Shown: one piece after another, positions 1 through 11,838 of the stretch
Numbering within the stretch: position 1 is the stretch's first letter
Layout: each line of letters opens with the position of its first letter
The notes under the pieces: model-generated
What the model was told of the DNA's origin: nothing
The model's database searches: none
Seen by the model: only the letters and a program-made list of their open reading frames with translations
Position numbers and translations under genes: made by a program
Source: an uncultured Candidatus Planktophila sp.
GTDB taxonomy: Bacteria > Actinomycetota > Actinomycetes > Nanopelagicales > Nanopelagicaceae
Assembly (NCBI GenBank): GCA_964572265.1
Contig: CAZNEQ010000001.1
Location: forward strand, 6,664 to 70,663
Direction: 5' to 3'
Length of the DNA stretch: 64,000 bases

Positions 1-1337
1 GCAGTTCGAATTGCGATACAAGTATCGATATTGCCAGTGAAATCAAAGTAGCCAATCGCTCCCCCGTATAGTCCGCGTCGGGTAGGTTCGAGTCGTTCGA
101 TGATTTCCATGGCTCGCGGTTTAGGCGCTCCTGAAAGCGTTCCGGCTGGAAATACCGAGAAGAGCGCGTCAATCGGTGTGGCGGTCTCTGCTAATTCCCC
201 GATTACGGTAGAGACAATATGCATGACATGCGAATAACGTTCAATATGCATGAAGTCGATAACTTCAACCGAGCCTGGTGTGCAGACTCGACCCACATCG
301 TTGCGACCGAGATCGACCAACATTAAATGTTCAGCACGCTCTTTGGGATCAGCCAATAACTCTTCGCCAAGGCGAACATCTTCTTCTAGCGATGACGAAC
401 GTTTACGCGTGCCAGCAATAGGATGCACCATAACCTCTCGTCCGGTTACCTTGACTAAGGCCTCTGGACTAGAGCCCACAACATCAAATCCACTCTCAAA
501 CTTAAAGAGATACATATAAGGACTTGGGTTGCTCAATCGCAAGGCGCGGTAGACATCGAGTGAATCTGCGGTAACTTCCGTTGCGAATCGCTGCGAAATT
601 ACTATCTGAAAAGCCTCGCCAGCTCGAATCTCCTCCTTGGCAATCTCAACTTTGGCTCGAAAATCCTCTGCAGAGATATTGCGCTGAAAGAGTGGGGGTC
701 TGAATTCTGGAATCTCACTTACATCTCCTGGTAAAGAACTCTGCAAATCAAGATACATCTGATCGAGCCGAAGTTGTGATTGTGCAAATGCTTCGTCGAC
801 TCGCTCATCGGATCCATCCCAATTAATGGCATTTGCAATCAAAGTCACGGTTCCATTGCTGTGATCCATCACTGCGAGATCGCTCGTCAACATAAATGCA
901 ATCTCAGGTAGATGTAAATCATTTGCTGCGAGAGAGGGAATATTCTCTAATCGTCGAACTGCGTCGTATCCCATGTAGCCCACCAGGCCGCCAGTTAACG
1001 GTGGTAAGCCAGAGATAACGGGAGTACGTAAATGTGCCACCGATTGGCGGAGCGCTTGCAAGGGGTCCATGTCGCGCGGCACACCAACTGGTGGCGTGCC
1101 GAGCCATTCTGCTCTTCCGCTGTTTTCTGTGAGCGTGGTTTGAGAATTAACTCCAATAAAAGAGTAGCGCGACCAGGCTCCCCCGTGTTCGGCGCTCTCA
1201 AGAAGAAAGGTGCCAGGGCGATTCTTTGCCAACTTTTTATAGATTCCAAGTGGAGTCTCACCATCAGCGAGTACGCGACGAAAGACCGGAATAACATTGT
1301 GATCTTTTGCGTATGAGCGAAACTCCTGAAGGTTCAT
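1..1337 (-). CDS. trpE: Anthranilate synthase component I (3' end runs off window)
   Basis: Hand translation from ATG at 1337 gives MNLQEFRSYAKDHNVIPVFRRVLADGETPLGIYKKL...FLESAEHGGAWSRYSF, then GGLVGYMGYD, GEAFQIVISQR, NPSPYMY, HPIAGTR, ERAEHLMLVDLGRND, FPAGTLSGAPK. It is missing from the ORF track because there is no stop in the window. Confidence 0.95.
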   Translation of the reverse strand, partial: MNLQEFRSYAKDHNVIPVFRRVLADGETPLGIYKKLAKNRPGTFLLESAEHGGAWSRYSFIGVNSQTTLTENSGRAEWLGTPPVGVPRDMDPLQALRQSVAHLRTPVISGLPPLTGGLVGYMGYDAVRRLENIPSLAANDLHLPEIAFMLTSDLAVMDHSNGTVTLIANAINWDGSDERVDEAFAQSQLRLDQMYLDLQSSLPGDVSEIPEFRPPLFQRNISAEDFRAKVEIAKEEIRAGEAFQIVISQRFATEVTADSLDVYRALRLSNPSPYMYLFKFESGFDVVGSSPEALVKVTGREVMVHPIAGTRKRSSSLEEDVRLGEELLADPKERAEHLMLVDLGRNDVGRVCTPGSVEVIDFMHIERYSHVMHIVSTVIGELAETATPIDALFSVFPAGTLSGAPKPRAMEIIERLEPTRRGLYGGAIGYFDFTGNIDTCIAIRT

Positions 1338-1344
1338 TACTTCA

Positions 1345-1695
1345 TTAACCCTCTACGTTGAAATCAAGATTGTTATGGAAACAGGAGCGGTCGCCTGTGT
1401 GACACGCAGCGCCGATTTGTTCGACCTTCATCAGAATGGCATCTCCATCACAATCTAATGAGAGCGAGAGAACTCTCTGAGTATGTCCAGAGGTTGCACC
1501 CTTCTCCCAGAGCTCATTGCGACTACGCGACCAGTATGTCGCCCGCCCAGTTTTAAGAGTGATAGCCAGGGATTCGTGGTTCATATAGGCAAGCATCAAG
1601 ACTTCGCCGGTAGCAGCATCTTGTGCAACGGCAGGAATGAGATCCACGCCTTTTTTCAGCAAGGCTGCCACTTCTGGAGAAAGTTCAATGCTCAT
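1345..1695 (-). CDS. hisI: Phosphoribosyl-AMP cyclohydrolase
   Basis: [30 protein letters not shown] motifs. Confidence 0.96.
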   Translation of the reverse strand: MSIELSPEVAALLKKGVDLIPAVAQDAATGEVLMLAYMNHESLAITLKTGRATYWSRSRNELWEKGATSGHTQRVLSLSLDCDGDAILMKVEQIGAACHTGDRSCFHNNLDFNVEG

Positions 1696-1709
1696 ATCTA
1701 TATTCTGCC

Positions 1710-2483
1710 TTAGCGGCGCATCGCCTTGCGCACTGGATATCCGCTGTTATCAAGAAAACTCTTCACATCACCAATTCGATGGACTCCAAAGTGGAAAATA
1801 GAGGCAGCCAAGAGGGCATCAGCGCCAGCATCGAGCGCGGCGGCAAAATCTTCTCGACTGCCGGCGCCACCACTGGCAATTAATGGAACCTTCGAGATCG
1901 CACGAACCGCAGTAATCATGCCAATGTCATAGCCAGCTCGTGTTCCATCGGCATCCATTGAGTTGAGCAGAATTTCACCCACACCGAGCGCACATGCTTT
2001 CTCAACCCAGGCGAGTGCATCAAGGCCAGCGCTCTGGCGTCCTCCATGTGTTGTTACCTCGAAACCTGAATCGGTACGTGCACGTCGCGCATCAACAGAT
2101 AAGACGAGGACTTGCGATCCAAAACGATCTGCAATTTCTGCAATCAATTCAGGTCGAGCAATGGCAGAGGTATTAATAGAAACTTTGTCGGCGCCGGCAC
2201 GCAAGAGGCGATCCACATCTTCCACACTGCGGATGCCACCCCCAACGGTGAGCGGAATGAATACTTGTTCAGCAGTGCGGCGAACAACGTCAAGCGTTGT
2301 CTCTCTTCCGGCAACACTTGCAGAGATATCAAGAAATGTTAATTCATCCGCACCCTCAGCGTTATAAAGGGCAGCCATCTCAACTGGATCGCCTGCATCC
2401 ACCAAATTTGTAAAATTAATTCCTTTTACAACTCTGCCATCTGTAACATCGAGGCATGGAATGATGCGAACTGAGAGCGTCAC
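1710..2483 (-). CDS. hisF: Imidazole glycerol phosphate synthase cyclase subunit
   Basis: [36 protein letters not shown]. Confidence 0.97.
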   Translation of the reverse strand: MTLSVRIIPCLDVTDGRVVKGINFTNLVDAGDPVEMAALYNAEGADELTFLDISASVAGRETTLDVVRRTAEQVFIPLTVGGGIRSVEDVDRLLRAGADKVSINTSAIARPELIAEIADRFGSQVLVLSVDARRARTDSGFEVTTHGGRQSAGLDALAWVEKACALGVGEILLNSMDADGTRAGYDIGMITAVRAISKVPLIASGGAGSREDFAAALDAGADALLAASIFHFGVHRIGDVKSFLDNSGYPVRKAMRR

Positions 2484-3205
2484 TTCCTGGTCAGCTCCAG
2501 TGCTTCTTCCAATGTGAAAGCCCCGGCGTAGAGCGCTTTCCCAACAATGGCTCCCTCGACACCGATATCGCGCAGCGCTGAAAGTGCCGCAATGTCTGCA
2601 AGAGATGAGATTCCACCACTTGCAATAACTGGCTTCTTAGTTGCAGCACAGACCTCACGTAAGAGCTCGATGTTAGGCCCTTTGAGCGTTCCATCTTTAG
2701 TGACATCTGTGACCACGTAACGAGCGCATCCATCTCGCTCGAGGCGTTCGATGGTTTCGAAGAGATCACCACCCTCTTTTGTCCAACCACGTGCAGCCAA
2801 TACATGTCCACGAACATCTAGTCCGACAGCGATTTGATCTCCATATTGCGCAATTACGCGCGAGGTCCATTCTGGATTTTCAAGTGCTGCAGTACCGAGA
2901 TTTACTCTTCGGCAACCCGTTGCTAGAGCACGTGCCAAGGATTCATCGTCGCGAATTCCACCTGAGAGTTCGACCTGTATGTCGAGTCGACCTACTACTT
3001 CAGCAAGGAGAGCGCTATTTTCGCCGATTCCAAATGCAGCATCGAGATCGACCAAGTGAATCCACTCTGCACCTGAGGATTGGAAATCAAGCGCGGCATC
3101 AAGTGGCGATCCATATGCGGTTTCAGCATTGAGTTCTCCCTGAACCAAGCGCACAGCGCGGCCGTCTTTCACATCTACCGCTGGAAGAAGTTCTAAATAA
3201 CTCAT
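2480..3205 (-). CDS. priA: Phosphoribosyl isomerase A (bifunctional HisA/TrpF type)
   Basis: [31 protein letters not shown] motifs. Start set at ATG 3205, overlapping the hisH stop (ATGA). Confidence 0.93.
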   Translation of the reverse strand: MSYLELLPAVDVKDGRAVRLVQGELNAETAYGSPLDAALDFQSSGAEWIHLVDLDAAFGIGENSALLAEVVGRLDIQVELSGGIRDDESLARALATGCRRVNLGTAALENPEWTSRVIAQYGDQIAVGLDVRGHVLAARGWTKEGGDLFETIERLERDGCARYVVTDVTKDGTLKGPNIELLREVCAATKKPVIASGGISSLADIAALSALRDIGVEGAIVGKALYAGAFTLEEALELTRK

Positions 3206-3801
3206 AGCCCCGATACCCAATTCTTAATGAGATGCAGACCTGCATCGCCTGACTTTTCTGGATGAAACTGTGTTGCAGAAATAACGCCATCTTCAATTGC
3301 TGCCAAGAAGCGGCTGTCATAGTCACTCCATGAGTGCAGCGCGCTACCTTCAACTGGTGTAGTGACTCCGTAGGAATGTACAAAGTAGAAGGACTCCCCT
3401 TCTACACCTCTAAAGAGTTGACTACCTGGAGCGGTGACGACGGTGTTCCAACCCATATGAGGCAATACCGGTGCGGATAACTTCTCTACTGTCGAAGGCC
3501 AGACACCGACTCCTTGATGTTGACCGTGTTCTACCCCTTCGGCAAAAAAGATCTGCATTCCAACACAGATGCCGATGGTGGGGCGCGAAAGCGCGATACG
3601 TTCACGGACTAACTGATCACCTCGGACAGATTTCAATCCTTGCATGCATGCGCCAAATGCTCCTACTCCAGGAACTACTAGACCTTCAGCTTCGAGAGCG
3701 ACTGAATAGTCAGAGGTAAGGAGTACCTCTTTACCTGCACGTTCAAAAGCGCGTAGCGCCGAACGAACATTTCCGGAACCGTAATCAAGGATTGCGATCA
3801 A
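3202..3801 (-). CDS. hisH: Imidazole glycerol phosphate synthase glutamine amidotransferase subunit
   Basis: LDYGSGN, PGVGAF, GICVGMQ, PHMGWN, QFHPEKS; TTG start. Confidence 0.96.
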   Translation of the reverse strand: MIAILDYGSGNVRSALRAFERAGKEVLLTSDYSVALEAEGLVVPGVGAFGACMQGLKSVRGDQLVRERIALSRPTIGICVGMQIFFAEGVEHGQHQGVGVWPSTVEKLSAPVLPHMGWNTVVTAPGSQLFRGVEGESFYFVHSYGVTTPVEGSALHSWSDYDSRFLAAIEDGVISATQFHPEKSGDAGLHLIKNWVSGL

Positions 3802-4386
3802 CTAGAGCGTGCCCTTTGTTGATGGAATTCCAGCGGTGCGGCCGTCAATAGCGACTGCATCGCGGAGTGCACGTGCGACTGCCTTAAATTGTGCTTCAAA
3901 AACATGGTGTGCGTTGCGTCCTTCGAGAACACGGACGTGCAAAGCAATTCGTGCTTCCGCAACAATAGACTCCCAGATGTGTCGCCCAAGCGTTGTATCG
4001 AAAGTTCCGATGAGTTCAACAATTTCTGGCTGGCGGTGTACGAGGTAAGGGCGTCCAGAGAGATCAACTGCGGCTTGAACCAAAACTTCATCGAGCGGAA
4101 CCATTGCATCACCAAAGCGGCGGATGCCCGTCTTATCTCCGAGCGCTTCACGAAGCGCCTGGCCAAATGCGAGCGATGTGTCTTCTACTGTGTGGTGTGA
4201 ATCGACATCGATATCACCAGTGGTCTTAATGGTGAGATTAAATCCTGAGTGCTTTCCGAGCTGAGACATCATGTGGTCGAAGAATGGAACTCCGGTATCG
4301 ACCGAAATTTCTCCAGTGCCATCAAGAGTGAGGTCTACTAGGACGCTCGATTCTTTAGTTGTGCGTTCGACTCGTGCATTTCTCAT
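3802..4386 (-). CDS. hisB: Imidazoleglycerol-phosphate dehydratase
   Basis: [30 protein letters not shown]. Confidence 0.97.
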   Translation of the reverse strand: MRNARVERTTKESSVLVDLTLDGTGEISVDTGVPFFDHMMSQLGKHSGFNLTIKTTGDIDVDSHHTVEDTSLAFGQALREALGDKTGIRRFGDAMVPLDEVLVQAAVDLSGRPYLVHRQPEIVELIGTFDTTLGRHIWESIVAEARIALHVRVLEGRNAHHVFEAQFKAVARALRDAVAIDGRTAGIPSTKGTL

Positions 4387-4403
4387 TCTGACTCCAGTTA
4401 GCG

Positions 4404-5489
4404 TTATTTGTGAAGAATTGCGGTCACGGCTTTAATAAAGAGGGTGTTTTCGGCCTCGCTGCCGATGGTCACTCGCAAGTACCCTGATAATCCCACATCT
4501 CGAATGAGCACGCCTGCATCCAGGAGTGATTTCCAGAGCAGCGGAGCGGGAATATCAAATCCTGAGAAGAGCAGGAAATTCGCTTTGCTTGGAAGAACGG
4601 TTAAACCGAGTGTTTCTAGCTGAGATCTCACTCGCTCGCGCTCTGAAATAAGCATCGCCACATTACCAAGCAACTCTCCCCGATAGTCGAGGGCAGCTTC
4701 AGCAGCTGCTTGTGTAATAGCACTGAGGTGGTACGGCAACCGCACTAAGAAAAGGGCATCAATTACAGATTGATCCGCCACTAAATAACCAAGACGAACT
4801 CCGGCAAACGAGAATGCCTTGCTCATGGTTCTAATCACAGCTACATGAGGGTATTTATCAATCAATCTCACTGCAGAGAGTTCATCGGAGAATTCTGCGT
4901 ATGCCTCATCAACTACGAGAAGTCCAGGGACTATCTTTGCTAACTCCTCGATCTCCCCAAGAGTCAGCGATGTTCCAGTTGGGTTATTGGGCGTAGTGAT
5001 AAAAGTTAGCGCTGGTTGTGCAGTAGATATCTCTTTCTTCGCAACCTCAACGTCGAGCGAGAAATCCGAACGACGAGTTCCATCAATCCATTGGGTATTG
5101 GTTACTCGCGCAATCAGGGGGTGCATTGAATACGATGGCGTGAAACCAACGGCGCCTTTCTCTCCAAAGGCAAGGAAGATTGATTGAATGATTTCATTAC
5201 TGCCATTTGCAGCCCAAATATTGTCGAGTGTGAAAGAAGTGCCTGATAGTTCGTTGATGAAATTCGCTAAACCTGCTCGTAAAACAGTGGCATCGCGATC
5301 AGGATAACGGTTGAGATTCTTCGCCACCTCTTCCACCCTTTGCGCGATTGCGGTCGCAAGTTGTGGTGAAAGTGAAAACGGACTCTCGTTGGTATTGAGA
5401 ACTGCATCGGCAGGTAGTTGTGGAGCACCGTAAGGAGAGAGCGGGCGAAGCCTTTCGCTCAATGGCAACCACTGGGGCCATTGACTCAT
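4404..5489 (-). CDS. hisC: Histidinol-phosphate aminotransferase
   Basis: LNTNE, NRYPD, NGSNE, PNNPTG, VDEAY, RTMSKAF. Confidence 0.96.
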   Translation of the reverse strand: MSQWPQWLPLSERLRPLSPYGAPQLPADAVLNTNESPFSLSPQLATAIAQRVEEVAKNLNRYPDRDATVLRAGLANFINELSGTSFTLDNIWAANGSNEIIQSIFLAFGEKGAVGFTPSYSMHPLIARVTNTQWIDGTRRSDFSLDVEVAKKEISTAQPALTFITTPNNPTGTSLTLGEIEELAKIVPGLLVVDEAYAEFSDELSAVRLIDKYPHVAVIRTMSKAFSFAGVRLGYLVADQSVIDALFLVRLPYHLSAITQAAAEAALDYRGELLGNVAMLISERERVRSQLETLGLTVLPSKANFLLFSGFDIPAPLLWKSLLDAGVLIRDVGLSGYLRVTIGSEAENTLFIKAVTAILHK

Positions 5490-6793
5490 GGCGTCTCGAA
5501 TCGAGCAGAGATGGCCTCGCCGTGAGCCGGGAGATCTTCCGCATTGGCAAGAGCGATTACTGTTTCTGCAATATCGGTAAATGCTGCCTTCTGATATTCG
5601 ATGTAGTGCACACCGCGCAGAAATGTTTGAACCGATAGGCCGCTACTGTGGCAAGCGCAGCCACCAGTAGGGAGCACGTGGTTGGAGCCAGCTGAGTAAT
5701 CTCCCAATGACACTGGAGAGAAACGTCCAATAAATACGGCACCAGCATTGCGAATTTTCGCTGCATCGCCACGAGCATTGACTGTTTGAATCTCTAAGTG
5801 CTCTGCCGCATATGCGTTGACAACATCAAGTCCCTGCTCGATCGAGTCGACGAGTACGGCAGCTGATTGAATTCCAGTGAGGGCAGTTCGGATTCGCTCA
5901 GAGTGTTTAGTTCTCGAGACTCGAACCTCTAGCTCGCGCTCTACTGCTTCAATGAGTTCGAGTGAATCTGTAACAAGGACGGCAGCGGCAATCACATCGT
6001 GCTCTGCCTGTGAGATCAAATCCGTTGCAACATCTCCGGCGATTGCCGAGCTATCGGCTAAAATTGCAATCTCAGTAGGCCCGGCCTCTGAATCAATACC
6101 GATGATTCCACGGAGAGCACGTTTTGCAGCAGCTACATAGATATTTCCGGGTCCAGTAACCAAATCACATTTCTCGGCAACGCCATCCATGCCGTATGCG
6201 AAGAGCGCAATTGCTTGTGCTCCCCCGACTGCATACACCTCAGTAATTCCAAGCAATGCGCATGCTGCCAAAATAGTGGGGTGAGGTAAACCATCGAACT
6301 CAGCCTGCGGCGGGGATGCGACAGCGATGCTCGACACCCGCGCAATTTGTGCCGGAATAACATTCATCAACACTGAACTTGGATAGACAGCTCGTCCACC
6401 AGGAACATAGAGCCCGACTCGATCTACTGGAATCCACTTCTCGCGAACTGTTCCGCCGTCGACAACAGTGACAGTTGATTCACTTCGTGCTTGTGATGCA
6501 TGAACGGTGCGAATCCGCTCAGCTGAAGTCTCCAATGCAGCGCGAATGGCAGGATCTAGATTGGCAAGTGCGCTATCGAGCGCCGTCTGCGGGACGCGAA
6601 TTGATGCAGGTCGCACCCGATCAAATTGTTCACTGAGCGCAATCAGGTCTTCTTCGTTGCCATTCTTGACTCGCTCAAGAATTGGCTCGATAGCAACCAT
6701 AGCTGCTGCTACATCGAGCGTTGCTCGTGGGAGTTCGCGTTGGTACTGACCCTTAGATAGGGACTTTCCTCGAAAATCGACGCGACGCAACAT
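5486..6793 (-). CDS. hisD: Histidinol dehydrogenase
   Basis: [44 protein letters not shown]. Confidence 0.97.
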   Translation of the reverse strand: MLRRVDFRGKSLSKGQYQRELPRATLDVAAAMVAIEPILERVKNGNEEDLIALSEQFDRVRPASIRVPQTALDSALANLDPAIRAALETSAERIRTVHASQARSESTVTVVDGGTVREKWIPVDRVGLYVPGGRAVYPSSVLMNVIPAQIARVSSIAVASPPQAEFDGLPHPTILAACALLGITEVYAVGGAQAIALFAYGMDGVAEKCDLVTGPGNIYVAAAKRALRGIIGIDSEAGPTEIAILADSSAIAGDVATDLISQAEHDVIAAAVLVTDSLELIEAVERELEVRVSRTKHSERIRTALTGIQSAAVLVDSIEQGLDVVNAYAAEHLEIQTVNARGDAAKIRNAGAVFIGRFSPVSLGDYSAGSNHVLPTGGCACHSSGLSVQTFLRGVHYIEYQKAAFTDIAETVIALANAEDLPAHGEAISARFETP

Positions 6794-6834
6794 GCGCCTA
6801 TTCTACTTTGCGAGATGAGTCAGATGCGACTTGA

Positions 6835-9800
6835 TTATCCGCGAACGATGCACTCAGGGCCGAGAATCGCCTTGAGATCTGCGCTCAAACTTGGCGAGGC
6901 TGTGACGAGCGCATCAACCTTTAGAACTGTCGATTTCTCAGTGTCGATAACATGAAGATGGACTTCACGCTTTCCAGGATGTGAGCGAAGAATCTCTTTC
7001 ATCCGCTCAACAATCGGTGGTGTGACCTGTACTGCTGGAAGCGAAATGAGCAATGGGCCAGTAGGTCCACTTGAGATATCTGGCATCGACATCTCCATCG
7101 CGGTAAATCTCACCTGCTCATCGCTGCGAGAGAAGCGACCACGGATAACTACAACACGATCTTCAGTGAGCGAGAGTGAGTACTGATTGTAAGTCTTCGA
7201 GAAGAAGAGCGCTTCAATTGATCCTTCGAGGTCTTCAATGTTTACAACGGCCCACGAATCTCCATTACGGGAAACTTTTCTTTGAACACCTGTAATCAAT
7301 CCACCGATCGTGACCATTCCATCGGGAACGCCATCATCGAGCAACTGACTAATTGACATATCAGTGTGAGAGCGAAGTACATGCTCGACTCCCAATAGAG
7401 GGTGGTCAGATACATAGAGACCTAACATCTCGCGCTCAAATGCAAGTAGTGTTCCTTTATCCCATTCGCTCTGCGGGATTTCAACCTCAAGTCCGGCCAT
7501 CTCAGATGAAGTCTCACCTCCAAAGAGATCGAATTGCCCGATTGCCTCAGCTCGCTTTGTTTCAATTACAGAATCGATGGCCTCGAGGTGAATTGTCATG
7601 AGACCTTTACGAGGATGGTTGAGCGAGTCGAAAGCGCCACCCTTAATGAGTGATTCAATCGTCTTCTTATTACATACCTGGGCATCAACTTTTGCTAAGA
7701 AATCTCCAAAGGATGTGAAGTTACCTTTTGCCTCACGTGAAGCTTTGATTGAGGCGACAACTCCTTCACCTACATTTCGAATCGCTGCTAAACCGAAGCG
7801 AATATCAGTACCACGTGGTGTGTATTCGGCATTTGATTCATTGACATCAGGCGGAAGAACTTTGATACCCATGCGGCGACATTCTGAGAGGTAGAGCGCA
7901 GATTTATCTTTATCATCGCGAACAGAGGTGAGCAGCGCAGCCATGTATTCGGTTGGGAAATTCGCTTTGAGATAGGCAGTCCAGAAAGAGACAACACCAT
8001 ATCCCGCCGAGTGCGCCCGGTTGAATGCGTAATCCGAGAATGGAATCAGAACTTCCCAGAGGCGCTTAATTGCATCTTCTGAGAATCCATTTGCCTTCAT
8101 TCCCGCTTCAAAAGGAACATACTCTTTATCGAGAATCTCTTTATTCTTCTTGCCCATCGCCTTACGCAACAAATCTGCGCGACCAAGAGTGAATCCTGCA
8201 ACCTTCTGAGCAATCGCCATTACCTGCTCTTGATAGACAATCAAACCGTAGGTATCGCCGAGAATATCTTCCAGAGCCTCCGAAAGTTCGGGGTGAATTG
8301 GCTCGACTTTTTTACGACGATTCTTGCGATCGGCATAATCGTTATGTGAGTTTTCACCCATCGGACCTGGGCGATAGAGCGCAATTACCGCTGAGATATC
8401 TTCAAAGGAATCGGGCGCCATGGCGCGAAGAAGTGAACGCATTCCACCACCATCGAGCTGGAATACTCCGAGAGTATCGCCGCGAGATAACAGCTCGAAA
8501 GTTTTTTGATCAGATAGTGGCAAATCCTCTAAGACAATATCGATGTTTTGGTTCTCTCTAATGTTGAGAAGCGCATCATCGAGCACAGAGAGGTTGCGCA
8601 AGCCGAGAAAGTCCATCTTGAGCAGACCGGTCGCCTCGCATGCTCCCATATCAAATTGGGTAATAATCGATCCATCAGATTCGCGGCGATGAATAGGAAT
8701 GACATCAAGCAATGGGTCTCGCGAAAGAATGACGCCCGCCGCATGTACTCCCCACTGGCGCTTCAAGCCTTCCAATCCTCGTGCGAGATCTACGACTTGC
8801 TTCGAGTCGACATCGCCTTCGTAGAGTTGACGGAACTCCCCTGCTTCGCCGTACCGTGGATCCTTAGCATCGAAAACTCCGCCGAGAGTGATGTCTTTGC
8901 CCATCACCGATGGTGGGAGGGCTTTGGTGAGTTTTTCACCGATTGCATATGGGTATCCAAGAACTCGAGTTGCATCTTTGAGCGCTTGCTTCGATTTAAT
9001 GGTTCCATAAGTGATAATTTGCGCGACTCGATCTTCACCGTACTTTTCGGTTGCATATCGAATCATCTCCGAGCGGCGACGTTCGTCGAAGTCCAGATCG
9101 ATATCGGGCATCGAGATACGTTCTGGGTTCAAGAAGCGCTCAAAGAGTAATCCGTGTTCAATCGGATCTAGCCCAGTAATTCCTAGTGCATATGCAACAA
9201 GTGAACCAGCGGCTGAACCACGTCCTGGACCAACTCGAATTCCTTCTTTACGTGCATGACTTACCAAGTCAGCGACAACGAGAAAGTATCCAGGGAATCC
9301 CATCTTGATCATGACATCGAGCTCGTAGTTAAGACGTTCACTATGTTCTGGAGTAAGTCGATCACCAAGTTTTTCAGCTAATCCGCGGATAGATTCAGAA
9401 CGCAGCCAAGAATCTTCCGTTTCGCCCTTTGGAACCTCAAATCGAGGCATTAAGTTTTCACCTTCGCGCAGCGTTACATTGCAGCGTTCAGCAATCAATA
9501 AAGTGTTATCGCACGCCTCAGGAGTCTTTTTAAAAAGTTCACGCATCTGTGCTGCGGTTTTTACATAGAACTCTGAATTATCGAATTTAAATCGCTTAGG
9601 GTCGGCCAAAGTCGAACCGGATTGAACGCAGAGAAGAGCGGCATGGGCATCAGCATCCTTATGGTGGGTGTAATGCAAATCATTCGTTGCAAGCAGGGGC
9701 AATTTCAGCTCTTTACCGAGTTTCATCAAATCGGCCTTCACGCGATTTTCAATATCGATATCGTGATCCATTAACTCAAGGAAGAAATTATCTTTACCGA

Positions 9801-10368
9801 AAATATCGCGATAATCACTGGCTGCTCTCATCGCCTCTTTATATTTACCCATGCGCAGGCGTGTCTGAATTTCTCCACCGGGACAGCCCGTCGTAGCTAT
9901 CAAGCCATCCGCATAAGTACTTAAGAGCTCGCGATCCATGCGAGGCTTGTAGTAATAACCTTCGAGTGAGGCGAGAGACGAGAGACGGAATAGATTGGCA
10001 AGCCCTTGATTGTTCTCAGCGAGAATGGTCATGTGGGTATATGCGCCACCGCCAGAGACATCATCATCTCCGCCATCGCCCCATTGAATACGTTTCTTTT
10101 CAAAGCGGGATTCCGGAGCAACGTAGGCTTCAATACCGATGATTGGCTTTACACCTGCTTTGGTAGCTTGTTTATAGAAATCGAAGGCACCGAAGACATT
10201 GCCATGATCTGTCATTGCAATCGCGGGCATTTCTTGGCGAGCTACTTCTTTGACTAACTCACCTACGCGCGCGGCACCATCGAGCATCGAGTACTCGGTA
10301 TGTACGTGCAAATGTACAAACGAGTCTTGCGTCGATGCCCGTGAAGCTGATTTCTCTTCAGATGACAT
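6835..10368 (-). CDS. dnaE: DNA polymerase III alpha subunit (replicative DnaE1)
   Basis: Intact PHP motif HLHVHTEYSMLDG, GPGRGSAAGS, PDIDLDF catalytic motif, QFDLF clamp motif, OB fold. Confidence 0.97.
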   Translation of the reverse strand: MSSEEKSASRASTQDSFVHLHVHTEYSMLDGAARVGELVKEVARQEMPAIAMTDHGNVFGAFDFYKQATKAGVKPIIGIEAYVAPESRFEKKRIQWGDGGDDDVSGGGAYTHMTILAENNQGLANLFRLSSLASLEGYYYKPRMDRELLSTYADGLIATTGCPGGEIQTRLRMGKYKEAMRAASDYRDIFGKDNFFLELMDHDIDIENRVKADLMKLGKELKLPLLATNDLHYTHHKDADAHAALLCVQSGSTLADPKRFKFDNSEFYVKTAAQMRELFKKTPEACDNTLLIAERCNVTLREGENLMPRFEVPKGETEDSWLRSESIRGLAEKLGDRLTPEHSERLNYELDVMIKMGFPGYFLVVADLVSHARKEGIRVGPGRGSAAGSLVAYALGITGLDPIEHGLLFERFLNPERISMPDIDLDFDERRRSEMIRYATEKYGEDRVAQIITYGTIKSKQALKDATRVLGYPYAIGEKLTKALPPSVMGKDITLGGVFDAKDPRYGEAGEFRQLYEGDVDSKQVVDLARGLEGLKRQWGVHAAGVILSRDPLLDVIPIHRRESDGSIITQFDMGACEATGLLKMDFLGLRNLSVLDDALLNIRENQNIDIVLEDLPLSDQKTFELLSRGDTLGVFQLDGGGMRSLLRAMAPDSFEDISAVIALYRPGPMGENSHNDYADRKNRRKKVEPIHPELSEALEDILGDTYGLIVYQEQVMAIAQKVAGFTLGRADLLRKAMGKKNKEILDKEYVPFEAGMKANGFSEDAIKRLWEVLIPFSDYAFNRAHSAGYGVVSFWTAYLKANFPTEYMAALLTSVRDDKDKSALYLSECRRMGIKVLPPDVNESNAEYTPRGTDIRFGLAAIRNVGEGVVASIKASREAKGNFTSFGDFLAKVDAQVCNKKTIESLIKGGAFDSLNHPRKGLMTIHLEAIDSVIETKRAEAIGQFDLFGGETSSEMAGLEVEIPQSEWDKGTLLAFEREMLGLYVSDHPLLGVEHVLRSHTDMSISQLLDDGVPDGMVTIGGLITGVQRKVSRNGDSWAVVNIEDLEGSIEALFFSKTYNQYSLSLTEDRVVVIRGRFSRSDEQVRFTAMEMSMPDISSGPTGPLLISLPAVQVTPPIVERMKEILRSHPGKREVHLHVIDTEKSTVLKVDALVTASPSLSADLKAILGPECIVRG

Positions 10369-10399
10369 TAGGGCGCCACCTTATCCCGTAGCCGCCCAA

Positions 10400-11338
10400 T
10401 TATGGGAGAACTGCCTCCGAAAGAAGTGCGAGTGAAGCCTCAAGGTCAGGTGGATATGGAGCGCGCAGAGTGAGCTCTTCACCGCTGACTGGGTGATGGA
10501 AGCGAAGTTCGAGTGCGTGGAGCCATGGCCGACGCATCGCCAGTGACTTACCAAGAACGGGATCCGCCCCGTAAGTGGTATCTCCCACGAGCGGGTGACC
10601 GAGTGCAGAGAAGTGAACGCGAATTTGGTGTGTTCGGCCGGTCTCAAGTTCAACTTTCACCATCGAAACCGAGCGGTAGTACTCGATTACTTCGTAATGA
10701 GTAATGCTCTCTTTCCCATCGGCAACAACTGCAAAACGATGATCCTGAGTTGGGTGTCGATCAATAGGTGCATCAATGGTTCCTTCAGGAGGATCCATAT
10801 GTCCTTGCACAAGCGCGTGATAAGTTTTTTCGACATCGTGATCTCGAAACATATCCTTTAATTTGAGATAGGCGCGATCTGTCTTTGCCACAATCATTAA
10901 TCCTGATGTTCCAGCATCAAGGCGATGGACTATGCCAGCGCGCTCTGCCGGTCCACTAGTGGAAATTGTGTATCCAGCGGCAATCAGTGCACCAATTACT
11001 GTGGGACCTGTCCATCCTGGAGCTGGATGAGCAGCGCATCCAACGGGCTTATCGACAACAACAATCTCATTATCGTTATAGACAACTGTTAAACCATCAA
11101 GTGGCGTCGGAGGAATGGGATCAGCATTTACTTCTGCTGGAAGTAAAACATCAATCACCTGACCTGCAACCACTTTCTCCGATTTCGCGACCTCTCTTCC
11201 ATTACTGCGGATGTCGCCATCTTCGAGCAGCTTCACAACGGATGTTCTGGATAGGCCAAGAACGCGAGTGAGAGCGCTATCTATACGTTCACCTGCCACG
11301 CCTTCTGGCACGATGAGCGTGCGATGTTCTCTACTCAT
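10400..11338 (-). CDS. RluA-family 23S rRNA pseudouridine synthase (RluD-like)
   Basis: S4-like N-terminus, GIVHRLDAGTSG, ETGRTHQIRVH. Start moved to ATG 11338 (MSREHR), which overlaps the end of lspA. Confidence 0.93.
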   Translation of the reverse strand: MSREHRTLIVPEGVAGERIDSALTRVLGLSRTSVVKLLEDGDIRSNGREVAKSEKVVAGQVIDVLLPAEVNADPIPPTPLDGLTVVYNDNEIVVVDKPVGCAAHPAPGWTGPTVIGALIAAGYTISTSGPAERAGIVHRLDAGTSGLMIVAKTDRAYLKLKDMFRDHDVEKTYHALVQGHMDPPEGTIDAPIDRHPTQDHRFAVVADGKESITHYEVIEYYRSVSMVKVELETGRTHQIRVHFSALGHPLVGDTTYGADPVLGKSLAMRRPWLHALELRFHHPVSGEELTLRAPYPPDLEASLALLSEAVLP

Positions 11339-11837
11339 TATTTCCTGACTTCTTACCGCTTGAGTTATCTGTAGGAGAAATATTCTTGAAGGTAAGGAGG
11401 ATAGCGATTCCAGCAGCGATAAAGATCGCGGAATCTGCGACATTGAAGATTGGCCAATGAGGAATTTGAATCCAATCAATCACATGGCCATAGAGGAATC
11501 CAGGTGCTCGAAAGATCCGGTCTGAGAGGTTTCCGAGCACTCCCCCAAGGACTAATCCAGCTACATATGCCCACCAAGGCGAAGTAAATCGAGTGGCATA
11601 TCGTGCGATAAAGAGCGCGACTGCAAGAGAGATAGTCGTGAAGACGATGGTAAAGCTAGTTGCCATACTAAATGCCGCACCAGGGTTACGAAAGAGAGAG
11701 ACTTGCAAGAAAGTTCCAATTACTTGGCGAGGGGCCGCCGTGAAATTCTCTACCGCCCAGTTTTTGGTTAGGAAATCAATCGCCCAGACGAGAAAGGCGA
11801 TAGAAAAGAGACGTTGAACTAAAGAAGTTCGGCGCAC
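11331..11837 (-). CDS. lspA: Lipoprotein signal peptidase II
   Basis: RNPGAAFS, GGVLGNLSDR, GHVIDWI, FNVADS. Confidence 0.95.
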   Translation of the reverse strand: MRRTSLVQRLFSIAFLVWAIDFLTKNWAVENFTAAPRQVIGTFLQVSLFRNPGAAFSMATSFTIVFTTISLAVALFIARYATRFTSPWWAYVAGLVLGGVLGNLSDRIFRAPGFLYGHVIDWIQIPHWPIFNVADSAIFIAAGIAILLTFKNISPTDNSSGKKSGNNE

Positions 11838-11838
11838 T

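Noticed and set aside
250-1316. Short ORFs suggesting a broken trpE
   Set aside because: The true trpE frame starts at 1337 and shows TrpE motifs to the window edge. The listed ORFs are off-frame or antisense shadows.
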